The notes beneath the pieces were generated by a model, which was not told the DNA's origin, did not search any database, and saw only the letters and a list, made by a program, of their open reading frames with translations. Of a stretch of 64,000 nt of DNA, positions 49,712-62,700 are shown piece after piece (position 1 is the first letter of the stretch; each line of letters opens with the position of its first letter). The translations under genes were made by a program, and so were the position numbers. This DNA is from Botryllus schlosseri (lineage: Eukaryota): the NCBI GenBank assembly GCA_051294905.1, contig CM119377.1, forward strand, positions 28,768,001 through 28,832,000. Reading direction: 5' to 3'.

Positions 49712-51124
49712 CTCTAGAGTCTAGCATATCCACTCATCCAGCAATGTAAAAGTTAACTGGTCACCGTTCCTCATATTACTATATACCAGTGTTTATTAAC
49801 CTGTACACAGTGTACAGTGTACACACTTGGTGAACCTCTTATATGTGCAAGCTTTGGAGTCGGAGCAGGAGCCCAGAGCCGGAGCCCCGGGGCCGTGCAT
49901 TTTTACCGGAGCTGGAGCCGGAGCTTCTACATAAAATTCAGCCGGAGCTGGAGCCAGTTATTTTAGGGGTAGCTACGGCTCCGACGTATTTCATAAGATG
50001 CTATTATATATGCAACAACCATATCTGCTGAGTTCACATAATTCAACAGCAGACCTTCGCGAGATTAAGAATCTCTTCCTCCTTGGCGCTACCTTTTCCG
50101 ACTAACCATGTTCCTGGGGATTTAACTGCAGAGCAGTCGTATGTTCAAGGTTCAATTTTATACATAAGTGTCGAACCTTGGTATGCGAAATATGCCTGTG
50201 AATATTGTGGGTATTCGGGATACCCGCAATTTCATCATCAGCACAACCTTGTTGGCCAATTGTATACGGTTCGAAAATATTGATCACTATGTATTACGCG
50301 AAATGGGAGAGAGGATAAAATCATGATTTCGTAGCACATGTCGATATGACGAGCACGAGTCGAGAAATTCCATCTCATCGTTGCTATGAATCGGATGAGC
50401 AAATAATCGTTCTTTCGTGATCGTTCTTTAATCGGGCTGCGAAATTGGACAGTGTTATTGAGTATGCAATTATGCATGCTAATTCGAATTCATTACTGCG
50501 CATCATCGTCATTCACTCCAGTAAGGATTTTCGAGCGTAAATAGGGGATGGCAGAAGAGTAGCTCAAAATCCCATGGTATTTAATGTTGGAGACAAATTA
50601 CTGATTTGATACGCGATTTCCAATTTGTAATCATCTGTTTCGTAAACTTCTAAATGTGCAATGTGCATACTGCATAGTTTAATTCGTTATGGCCATGACG
50701 CAATGTGCATGACACAGTGTTTAATTCGATTCGTTTCAACGGGAAAATATTATATTCCGATAAACTTGATCGACACCGGATGGACTGGTAACGAGTGCGC
50801 CAATATTGAACGCCAAACCATTGGCCATTTGGTACAAATCGAATTTCTATTGATCACGTCGTTATATCCGCCCATATTGCTCTTACTTCAGTTACAGTTC
50901 AATAATAATCGCGCATTTAAAGATTGAATTAAGCTGTATAGCTGTTAATGAGTACAGTGCCAGTGTTAAAACGCCTCGTTAGAATTTTAATGCTGTATAC
51001 AGCAATGGCACGGAGTACAGTGCGTTCTAGTGCAACTATGACGTTATCGACAATTGACAAGTACGGCGACACCTATGTCTTAGTTGCTGCATCCGATGTT
51101 ACTGACTGCTGACAGACTCTAGAT

Positions 51125-52386
51125 CAGTGCTCTTCAACCTTTTTCGACGTGGTACACCCTTTTAACGTTTGCTCAAAACTCGTACACCCCTGTTCATTTA
51201 GGGGTCTTCAAAAATGACTTTTTCTTCAAATCGTACTGGCTACTTGATAAAATTGTTAGGTTACCTATAACTTGAGCCTACACACCAAATTTGGTTCAAT
51301 TCCAACCAGTAGCCGCATGGCTACGGAAGAAGAAAGTTTCTATTTATAATATAAAAATGAATAACGAAAAATGTGAAATTTTTCTGTTCACCCCATATGA
51401 AAGTAATTGGTTGTCTATAAAAATGATGTTCTTCAAATTTGATTCAATTCTAACCAGTAGAAGCGGAGTTATTGCCGTCAAAAAATTTAGATTTGAATAA
51501 AATAGTATATTTGGTCACAGAGTCTATTCGCAGCCAGTTAGGCCGCCCGCCACGCAAATTGGAATTTATTTCATGTCAGCCCCAAAACAGCATGACACTA
51601 CGAACGATAATCAACCTAAACGTAATAGTATAGGGGAGAGAGTAGGTAAAGCTACTGCTGCAGAAGCGGTAATTCAGATCAGCGATGATAGCAGGCGCAC
51701 CAGCCTACTGCGTATCAGGCCTGCCCCACACCACACACAGTCGATAGTAGCACATGGGCTGCAAAAGATGTCAGTAACCTCAGATCGTATGCCGCTATAC
51801 ACAGTCTATTGTCGCTAATTTGCATCACTAATAACAAAATACTAAATTGCAAATGTATGGCGAAATATTGGACATAAAATCGGCATTTTAAAACAAAAGG
51901 GTTTCGATTTCAACATGGAAGCTGTTTCGACCCTGGCTGGCTACTTCACTTCATTTATGTGCATTGCGGTATTTATTAACGTCGGGTAGGAAGTACTGAT
52001 TTAAGAAGACTGAGCTATCGCGGCGGTTTCCTCAAAAATCACTAAAAGACAAATGACTAGCTGAACACATGTTTGTTAATAACTGCATACTTTCCAACAC
52101 CAAACGGAACCATTGGTCCATTGCCGACGGCTAAATGAATAGGAGAAATATTTGCTTATGACATCACAATCGAGCGGTGTACAGTATTACACTTGAGATA
52201 ACATCGTACCATATTGCTCATGTGCGTCAACCTGTACTGACCCATAAACCTGTCTTTGTGATAGCTAGCCATCGGCTCATTGTAATTCGGATCTGGTACA
52301 CCCCTGTACGCCTCATCCGAGTGGTACACCCTTTGCAAATTCTGGTACACCCTAGGATGTACGACAACCCCGGTTGAAGAGCACTG
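51125..52386. mobile_element. 1.26-kb Buster-type non-autonomous hAT
   Basis: CAGTGCTCTTCAACC/GGTTGAAGAGCACTG; exact TSD CTCTAGAT. Confidence 0.9.
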
Positions 52387-52434
52387 CTCTAGATTATTAT
52401 AGATAACTAACCCACGGGTAAATTCTATATAGAC

Positions 52435-53118
52435 CAGAGGTGGCCAACTTTTTCGGCTAGAGGGCCACATGAAATTGACGAACGAGTGCGTTGCCCACTA
52501 GCCAGGTCAGGCGCGTAAAATTTTGAAGTTAATATTATTATTACTTGGGTATATTGCGGGTCGACTGTATACCGCCCGCTGGGCTCAGTTTGCAAGCACA
52601 GGAATATTCGGCATCTGGACATATCGATATCGAGGTTTCCGCTAATATACGACAATCATTTTGTGCCGACATTTCATCGTCGACGATTTTTCTGCGAGCG
52701 CAAACGCGAATATACTTTCTCTCGTAATTGCTAATATAGTTAAACTAAATCGGCTAAATCAGCCGTTTTTTAATTTTCAGGTGGGGGTAGGCTACAGAGA
52801 AAGAAATGACAACTAAACACGCGAAAGCGTGAAGAAAAATTTCACTACTTTTTTAGTTTATTGTTATGTACGACGATTTAGTAAACATGTGACTGCTGGA
52901 CCCAATGCGTGGGAACAGACATTTCAGTCATCAAAATCCCAAGTGTCGCGGCCATACTAATTATATTTTTGGTTAGCCTTGCAAGTTCACAACCTGAGCA
53001 ATTCAATTTCGATAATATAACATAATTTCAATAATATAATGGGAAATTAGCTCGCGGGCTACTCAAAACCTTCTCGCGGGCCACATATGGCCCGCAGGTT
53101 GCGGGTTGCTCACCCCTG
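52435..53118. mobile_element. 684-bp Buster-type MITE
   Basis: CAGAGGTGGCCAAC/GTTGCTCACCCCTG; exact TSD ATATAGAC. Confidence 0.88.
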
Positions 53119-53529
53119 ATATAGACAGACATCTTCGATATAGTTTTCTGAGCTGGAGCCGGAGCAGTGGTAATAATGCGACTCCGGAGCTGGAGCTAAT
53201 GTATGAGAGAAGAAAGCTCCGGAGGCGGAGCTGGAGCAAAGCAAATTTACGGCTGCTCCAAAGCCCTGCTTGGGGTAACCTCGAATGTTTGGCGAGTCGC
53301 AATACCAAAGCTTACTATGTACACGTCTAATGCATTATAGGATGCTGGTGCACATCATGAAATATACTTCAACAACGGCGTTAAAAGTATAAAACAATAC
53401 TACGATTTCCGAAATAGGCGACAAGATTTTATTCAATATTTACTACATGCAAATCAATATGAGTTCTGTAGAAGTCCAGTGGGAGTCTTGACCTCCGCCA
53501 AACTCAGATTCTGGCCCACCGCTGTATAG

Positions 53530-54160
53530 TAGGGGTGTTCAAAATGACTTTTTTTTCTTAAATTCTAATGTCTACTTGATAAATTTATTAGATTACCTAA
53601 TGGAAGCCAGCATACCAAATTTGGTTCAATTCCAATCACTAGCCATATTGCTACAGAAGAAAATTGAAAAAATTGAAAATTTTCTGTTCACCCCATGAAA
53701 TTGTTAGGTTGTCTATAGAAACGCTGCTCACAAACTCTGGTCCAATTCCAACCAGCGGAAGCGGAGCTATTGCCGTCAAAATATTTTAGATTTGAATAAA
53801 ATAGTATTTACGCTGGCCAATCCTTTAATTTTTTTTATAGTTGTGTCCACCGTAAATACCATTTTATTCAAAACCGAATTTTACGACGGCAATAACTCCG
53901 CTTCCGCTGGTTAGAATTGAACCGAATTTAGTGAACATCGTTTCTATAGACAACTGAACAATTTCATAGGGGGAACAGAAAGTTTGAATTTTTTTATTTA
54001 ATTTTACATATTAAATAAAAAAAACTTTCTTCTGCTGTAGCAATGCGGCTAGTGGTTGGAATTGAACCAAATTTGGTGTGCAGGTTTCAATTAGGTGACC
54101 TAACAATTTTATTATTAGCTAGTATAATTTAAGAAAAAAAGTCATTTTTGAACAGCCCTG
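53530..54160. mobile_element. Fold-back MITE (family of 19900-20371)
   Basis: TAGGGGTGTTCAAAATGAC/GTCATTTTTGAACAGCCCTG; TSD CTGTATAG/CTGTATCG; near-complete internal symmetry. Confidence 0.85.
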
Positions 54161-54308
54161 CTGTATCGTGTGACCAGGGTCGGGGAAACGATTAGGCGAT
54201 AATCTCTCCCCACCAATGAACACGATGCTGAATGTCCACATGCATAGGTGCCCGCTACTGTGCGTGTGCATATTTAACGCGGAATGGTTTTTATCTCAAT
54301 CTACTCAC

Positions 54309-54571
54309 TTTTCCTTGAGCGCTACGCTCCATGACTTGTTGTGTTCCGTATGTATGGCTCCGTGATTTGTTGTTCTTATCGTTATTTCCGGGACCAATCC
54401 TTGTCGGATGGCTATCACGAAATATATCGCCAAAGCAGCAATCGCAAGACTGCGAAGCTTTCTGTAGATTTTTCCAAGTCTCATGGTATATATAAGTCTC
54501 ATACCATATAGGATTAGTCTAGTTGACCTGCCTACTGAATGAACAACGTCTTTTAGCTCTGATGTGCTCAT
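54309..54571 (-). CDS. Probable GT31 gene C coding exon 1 (type II signal anchor); start at ATG 54571, 54502 or 54484
   Basis: MRLGKIYRKLRSLAIAALAIYFVIAIRQG...ALKE(K): basic tail plus hydrophobic anchor. Donor AA|GTGAGT is phase 2, as exon 2 requires. From ATG54484 the exons (176+155+220+535 = 1086 nt) give 361 aa. Linkage across a 9.2-kb intron is inferred. Confidence 0.65.
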
Positions 54572-55292
54572 TGTGAGGTATGAGAATAGAGATTCAAGTA
54601 CAGCTAATCTGAAAATACAGTAAATCCATTCTCATTTCTTGCTTAGCATCAATTTGCTCATGATCTCTCTCAAACAAGGACGTCAACCTCAAAATAATAA
54701 TCAAATGTGACAGTCACAGTTTAATTGCACGTGCCTTTCCGTTACGTCATCGCGGTGATTGAGGCGTTTTTCGTACGATTTTGACGGCAAATAATATATA
54801 TGTTTTTATATAACTCAGAACCAACAATTGTGAGTTGGCAAAATCCCAGGACAATATCAATGTTATCAGTGCCGCTTCCGCATGACGTAACTGAAATACG
54901 TTTTTGAATCATAGCCGCCGATCTGCAGCTTTCTCTCGATCTATCGCCCACACGACTCGCTCGTTAGCAGTAACCATGATATTCTCTGGTTGGTAGCTGG
55001 GTTATAGCGAACATGTAATCGAACTGTGTACACTGTACATAGAATCCATCGTGACCATCTGCATGTACCGATGACGTTTCATCACGCCGACATTGAATAT
55101 TGTAAATACCATATTTGGCAAACGAGTGTATACATTACACACAGAAGAGGCCAGCCAAAAGTGATATTGTGCACATGCACAGTTTACTAACCACGCTAAA
55201 GTGGACGACTATGCGATTCCAAATTTCGAAAGTGAGGTAACTTACAGTTGCCCACAACGCTACGCCCGTTACGATGCTCTACTTCAAATTAG

Positions 55293-55570
55293 GTGGCGGG
55301 ATAGGGTATAGGGGTATAATCCACAGCTGCAACACCAATTGGTTGCTGGTTCGAGTCCGATCGAGGTCGACTCCAGATTTCCTACCTAAGTGTTGAAGGC
55401 TCCTCCTCGCCATCTCATCCTCGTAAACGGTATCTCATAAAAAGCCGTGGAGAGGGCGGTGCTACAAGTCAATATTTACGGAATAGAAATGAAGAATATT
55501 GGTATGGTGTGAATGACCAATGACCATAGTAGTCGACAAACATCACGAATACCACAAACAACAACAAAAA
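55293..55570 (+). mobile_element. Second full-length copy of the tRNA-Cys-like SINE
   Basis: Collinear with 32877-33166; B-box GGTTCGAGTCC; CAA/CAAA tail. Confidence 0.82.
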
Positions 55571-55639
55571 CTTGAAAATAAGGTTCACGTCAAGACATGT
55601 AATTTCTAGTCATGTGACCTCAACGGATACCAATCGGAA

Positions 55640-55775
55640 CCGGTGACGAAGCTCATGGTTGCCGAGGCTAGCGACTGGTGGCGACTGTGTACTAAGGCCT
55701 TGCGGCCTTTGTCGTCATCATGGTCCGTACCGGAATTTCACTGGTGTGACAAATAAATGATTGATTGATTGATTG
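55640..55775 (+). mobile_element. Possible RTE-type LINE 3' end
   Basis: ASDWWRLCTKALRP resembles the RTE DRxxWRxLVxAL terminus; (GATT)n tail. Confidence 0.4.
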
Positions 55776-58700
55776 AAGACATCGATTAGGAACTGGGTGG
55801 GCAACTGTGCACTTGTGCACGGTGCACACTGTAAATCAGTGATCTCTGACCGTTCTTGTAAATTTCGGCAGCAGCAGGTTGGTAGTTTATATTTAATCTC
55901 AACAAGAATCCAGAACAGGGAACATAGCATTCCCACCGGATTCAATATAAGCTACCAGTATATATAATTGTGGTTGTTCCGCACGGGTTGGTGAAATCAA
56001 TTCAATGGCACCCCGAATCCCATTGTAGGTCGTTCACGCAGACGAGAGCTAGTATGCATTTACTTTCGAAAACACCATCTACGTCGGATCTATGTGACAA
56101 CACGCGTATAACGAACTTTCTGTATTATCACTGTATTTACCTAAACCTCTATTCAACAAGGTTCATCAATAAAACGTGGTTGTTATAAATGCTCGCAGTC
56201 TAGGTGTAAATTTGCTCTGTTTTTGCGTCTATTCGCGTGGAACTGGCAAACCACATTATGGACAATATAAATATGAGTATAGTAGTAATCGTCGTGACAT
56301 CGAGTATATGCAGTGCAGAAATGGCACATTGTTGCTAAGCAAGCATTGGGATGCATCAAAGAGCATCAAATCATTCAGTCACAACCGTAGTAATATTTAC
56401 CATCTCATCACACATATCTAATAGAAGATTTAATCTAGGGTTGGGCAATTATTTTTCACGGCGGGCCAAATGCGAACAGAAAATACGCTGGCGGGCCGAG
56501 ACAAATGTTTAGACCAGTGTTTCTCTCCGACCCCCCTCCCAAGCCTAAATAAAAAACTGAAATTATTCTTCATTTCTGCAATTATAGATATAATGATACG
56601 GATGAGGCTCCAGGACCGGTTACGTGCTCAGACAATTTTGACAATTAGAACAATTCACGGCTCGATAAATCTCGCTGATATATCACTACTGAATCCAGGG
56701 AGTGCCATTTTCACTTTGATCAGACTTACCAGTACCGAGAAAGGATAAATTCGAATTTTGAAATCTGGAGAATAAGTCGTCAAGTAATCGAAATCGTTTT
56801 TCGCAACGAGAATGCTATGCCCGAGGCAGCAGCACTGTGATAATTACACGATTATTCGAAACAGAGTTTGATCAGGTAAGGCAGTCCCGCTTAAAACGCC
56901 ATCGTGTCTCGCTGTCAAGCAATAAGCGTTCAAATACTTCCTAATTCTCACTATACACGCAATGAAACACGCTTCCGACTTTTGTCTACTGATGAATCTG
57001 TCTATTGATGCGCAGGATCAACATTGTCAAGTAGCAAAGAACTTTTCCGGTTTAGCTGATGGAATAGATCGACGTCTGTATCAGTGGTGTAGGACCATAT
57101 GCTTCGCCCACACGTAATCACGGTCTTATACCAAAAGTAAACGCATTTCTGGATCAGTTTATACAGTAGTTTTCGTCCACACATTCACACAATAAATAAA
57201 TTTTCTAGTCGAAATTCCAAGGGACTTTTCGAGAGCACCTGAGTATAGCATCTCGGGCCGCACAACAATGCCCAGGTCTGATCCAATTATTCATTTTTTT
57301 ATCAATTGCAGTCTTCGACAGCATCTTCTTAGCATTGGTTTTCTAAGCATTGGTCTGTGTTTTAAAAGGAAATGAGAGTAAAACAAACACGAAATAGTGT
57401 TCACTGTTCATCGTGCGGTCGCCTATACAACGCTATAGCACCACGACCACGGAGCATTCCCTAGCTTGCGAATATCAACCCCCTGCTTATTCGAATTCGC
57501 TAAAATTCATTGCTAAAAATCTGACAGTACTTTTCTCCAACTTCAGCCTGTATTGTACGTTGCTTATATAGTTTACTACAGACTACCACTAGGTTCGACC
57601 CACTTGCAATACTTTATAGATGGCAACAACCAATTACAAACTTTGAATTTTGTAAATTAGATAGTGGTTTTTGGACATGTTTCCATCACTTTTATGAGTG
57701 ACATTTTAATACCAACTACGCAAAGCATCCCTATATCACGTTAACAATATACATTCTCGAAATTCTACCTATTTGTCCACTGTTAACGAATGAAGTGTGT
57801 ATTCACACTCATGCACCCCTCGTGATTTACAGGTGTGAATATCCACCCGCGGTACACGAAACCAGACCATAACTCAGACATACACCACGGTATAAATCAA
57901 ACAACATTTTCATACAAATGATGCTGGATCGTTGGGACTAAGAAAGGTATGTAAGTAAGCACGAATACGATTTATAACCGCAATATGATTTTGAGGTTTG
58001 TTTTCTTGTTACACCCTTTTTGTGTGAACACACACTCTTTCCGCTTTAAGATTGTAGTGTCATTTGACATTTTCCGTTAGTTCAGCACCGAACATATCCT
58101 CAGTTGATCAACAGGTCATGTGATCCATACACCAAAACTACAATACCTTGACCACCTTCGTTCGTCGTTTGCTAAAATCGACCCACGCAGTATCCACTCA
58201 GTCTTTGCGAGTAACGACATGTACTTGGAAAAAACGAAGTCATTAGAAATGATTTCGTGGGTGTATCCTAACGAAATTCCCTTCTATTCATGCGGACAAG
58301 ACTATTTGAAGTTATCACACTTGATCTGCGATCAATTTTGTTAGACCTGACTGCACGCTCAGACACGCTCAGACACCCGCTCTACCGTCAACGTTCTGCC
58401 ACTAAAAGTGTCTATCACTGCTGATGAACTGGCAAAAAGTTGCTTTGAACTTTTCAAAATCGAAGTCTGTTATAACCTTCAACTGAAATTTGTCACGTAC
58501 AATCTCTTGGTTCTTCCTGAACTATACTAACTCCAGACGCGCTATTGTATTCTTGTTGTTATTCTACTACTACTACAACTACGACAAAGTAACCTGTGAT
58601 CATTTCGTTTGTGGTCAATATATTCGCGATGCAATAATGAAGTATCATTCAAACATACATTCAGTGAATACCTGGTTACTCTCACACGCGACACAGGCAT

Positions 58701-59184
58701 ATCGCGAACAATACGAACATATACAAATTACAGTGATTTGATTGATACCGTTTACTTGATGACTTGAAATTGACTCGTAAATTTTGCTCCGAGTCACGAG
58801 TCAATCCGTATTTTTGAGGTGCCGAGTCAAGTCAAGTCATTTTTGCAAAGTGACTCGAGTCAAGTCAAGTCATACAAAAAAGTTGACTTGAGTCATCACA
58901 ACACTGCATAATTGTAACAAGAGGAACATTAACTTCACGTTAGACGATAGTATATTTTACGACTCCAACGGCGTTGTGAAATGTAGGCGACTTATAGTTT
59001 CAGTTCGACACGCACCGCAAATACACCGAGTACCGACTGAAAATCAAATAAAGATTATCTAACACGGCGTATCTTTATTACTTGCAAAATAGACACAACC
59101 AAAAGGAAGTCAAATAATCACTTCGCGATCATACGAATAACTAAATATAATCACTTCGCGATCATACGAATAACTAAATGACGT

Positions 59185-59700
59185 GTATCCCACCATACAA
59201 GAGACATCCTGCTTTTTCAATGGCAGATAAGAGTAGATACAACATGTAAAGTCTGACTTTGCGCATTATCTTAGCGGAAGTCCTCTGCTCTGATTTTAAG
59301 TTGTCACTCTTACAAGTGCGTTGTACTCAGTGTGATGGTATGGGGTTAGTTTGGCGCTTAACAAGTAGGGATTTGTGCGCCAGGCCGGGTGAGATTGTGT
59401 AGATCTCGGGCTATGTATCCCTTCGATTTAAAATTATGTAGTGTGTTAATGGATGTACCCTCAGATGTTGCTCGATAATGCATTATGGTCCATCGGGGTA
59501 TGTATAGGTTCTAAGAATGTGTTATCTGGGGTAGCATTGTAACCCGTGCATATAAATACGGAGTGTTCAAATGTGTTGGATACTTGGCGCTGTCCATTAA
59601 TACCAATGTTATGCTGGCCAATACGATGCTACCTTGCATCTAGTTTACGATGACCTCTGAAGACGGATCAGGATAGAATTCACTCATTGTTTTAAGTTCT
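59185..59700 (-). mobile_element. Highly decayed Penelope-like (Neptune-type) linker and GIY-YIG relic
   Basis: With frameshifts: TYTYPDGP, KSLLVKAKL, MLYLLLS..GCLLYGGDT, in the order expected for PLE ORFs. Confidence 0.4.
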
Positions 59701-62700
59701 TGTAGGCGGAATATCGGCAGAATTTACCACGCATCTGGAACAAGGACGTTGATCACGTATCTCGGTTTTTCCCTTCAGTCGATCAATATCAGATGTCATA
59801 AGTTCGCATTCGACACGTGTCCGCGAATAGTCTCTTTCATCTCATCGTTGACAATGTTTGCTTACAATGTTTCCTGTAAGATACCCATAGTGTGCGTTCA
59901 CATCACAACGTATACGTATATTCTGATTCACTGACGGAACAAGAGCATCGTTCCCAGTTTACGTGTTCTGTTCTTGAACTAAAATCAACTTACAAGCCTA
60001 CCATATAACTCTCCTACGAGGAGATCCAAAGACATGACTAAACGATTGGGAAACCAGATGCAGCTAATAATTTATGGTAGCTTTTGAAAACAGATATTGT
60101 GATGTTATAGCTTGTGAGTCAAGCCCCCAATATAGTTTAAGTGATCCTGATCGAAAGCTACTCTCGAACTAAATTCTAAAATATAAATTACACTCGACAG
60201 TAAAAGATTTTTATCATGATAGGTGAGAACGATTATAGGGTAAATCGGGGGCGCTGAGCTCGAAAATGACATTGGTTTCTGCTGATTGGCTCAGTTTTCA
60301 GATTTTTGGTGGCATGCCGGTTAATCCTTTATGCGTGATATGATGAGTCATATAGTAATCGGAAGCACTGATTGACTTGTTTTACGAATTTGGAAATATA
60401 TCACGTAAAAAAATTGAACACACACCGTATGATGCGTAATTTGACAATGACAACAAGGAAGGTTTGAACTAAACTATATGCAAAGAGTGATTTCTTGTGA
60501 ATCCAATTGCTTATTTTGAATCTGGACTACGCATGTCAGGTAAGTAGGCAGCGTAATCGTGTCATATTAATGAACAGGCTTCAAAGTAAACGAATTTCCT
60601 GTTCATTTGATAGAGTCTATGATTTTAGTCATTCAAAAAGCAAGATATATATTTTGAATTCCAAGTAACCTTTCGCGGTCCGCACAAAATAGCTTCGCAG
60701 GCCGCACTTTGCCCAGGCCTGCTTCAAACCCCATCCACGTTTTTCTTTCTAGACTATAAAATGTATTTGAGATACTACAAAACTTATTGTCTTGGTCGCT
60801 GCCTTCCGCGCAGATTACACTATGCAGCTTTGCAAAATAGTCTTGTTGTTGACCAAAGCTTGGAGTTTTTCTGAATTTCGACCTCCCTTTACCGGCCGAG
60901 TGTCTTTTTTTGTGTTTTTCACAAGTCCGATTTAAATTATACTTCTTAAACATGGTGACCTGGTCGGCACAAACGAAAATGGCGTGTTTGCCCCCGAGTC
61001 CAGTAAACAGATATTGCGCTCCAAAACTTCTTGAAATATCAGATTTCAGATTTCTACTTTGCCGTGCCCGTTCATCCCTTATTATGGGTGATCATGACTC
61101 ATAGCAATCACGAACACTGATTGACTCGTATTTCAAATTAGCGATTTCGAAACGTATCACGTAACACGGTGACTCTCAACCGTTTTGTCTTCGCGGATCG
61201 CCTTTGGATCAACTCGGACCCCTGCATACCCCCCCCACACTAATTTATAGCTCAAATATATCTCAATTATCGTGTAACCGTCACCTGTCTTTTGCAAACA
61301 TTAACTGCAAGCTGGTGATATACAACAACCCAATGTATTTTCTTCAAAGTAACATCATACTATTTAAGTAGAACATGGAAATACTTCTTTGATTTCCAAT
61401 CTAATTCTCTAGCTCAGGGATCTCAAACTAAAATGTACTCGCGGGTCAATTTTCTAGATTTTGATGACGCCGCAGGCCGCAGCATCAAATATGGGTATTA
61501 TATGTATTTCCAAGTAGGCCTTATTTGACGGATCTTGCAAACTGACATTCCTTACGCATATAATGAATATGTGATTTACTATTGTAACATTCGCGCTTGC
61601 CACGAAGAATCCATATCTTTAATTATTTGAACGAAATTATTGCTATACTTGGCCTAATTTGTCGAAATAATGATTTATCGACTCAATACGAGAGGATAAA
61701 TGCATCATGACATCGTTACAGCTGTCGAGTTATAATTTTGCAGGATGCGGACATTTGACGTGCAACAGCCATACATAGAATATTTTAGAATGTTGCAAAG
61801 ATAGATCTGATGTCGGGGAATTTGAGCAGTGTAGCCGGATCCGGGTTTCGGGCATGCTCCTTGTAAGTAGAATATTGGTCATGTCATTGCCAAAGCCAAA
61901 TTATTTCACTGTTCGAATACTGAAACAGATCAATAACAACCTAAGTATAGTACTTATGCCATTGTAATATAAATGTCCAATCACCGAAGAATCCATTGTT
62001 GTTGCAGTTGAGCGTACTCCATTCACCTTTAATTGACGATAATATCACGGATAAAGAGACTCAAAATGACCAATTATGGAACTAACTATATATCTATGGG
62101 GTAACAATATGCCAATGGTTGCCATACCGACCTGTTAAGACAGCTAAACGCTACACAACGCATGCTACGACCTTTTGATGTATTAATATTACCCTTGGCA
62201 TTTCGATAGTATGTTTCGCCCGTTGTTATACTCAGTAACGGCGGTTCGAGTCACAAGTTCTTCTCCGAGTGTAGCGTTTGACCGGACTTGACTCAACTCA
62301 TTATTCATTTTATCAACCAGGCAGTCCGAGCTTGAGCGATTACAAGAAAGGTCGCGCCCAAGTCCAAATCACAATTTTCAGTCACAAATCATCAACGGGT
62401 CTTGTTTTATCATCACATAACAGCTAATTTTCCATTTTTCATCGCATGGCAGCAGCGCCGTAACAGCACTTCGTCAGCCCCTTCCCCGAAGCGTTGGTCT
62501 TGGGCCCCCATATGATGATAAACCACCCTGGGTACCACTACTTATCATCTACATTGGGGGCCGTTTATTAGGTCAGATTTCCTCGTCTGGCCGCGCGAAG
62601 CGCGAAAATTTGCTATAATTCAGGATTGAATCTGGTTTTGCGTGTATATTGCTATAAATTTTTATCATCGCTCTGTTCACGTAATCAGATTTACAGGTAC

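Noticed and set aside
56176-56421. 81-aa ORF as a head-to-head partner gene of gene C
   Set aside because: No domain, signal or convincing splice sites; within the chance expectation for this composition.
58100-58270. Possible - strand exon (TTCGTTAG|GATACACC...TCAAG|GTATTG)
   Set aside because: Open in one frame, but no recognisable protein similarity and no partner exons; cannot be supported.
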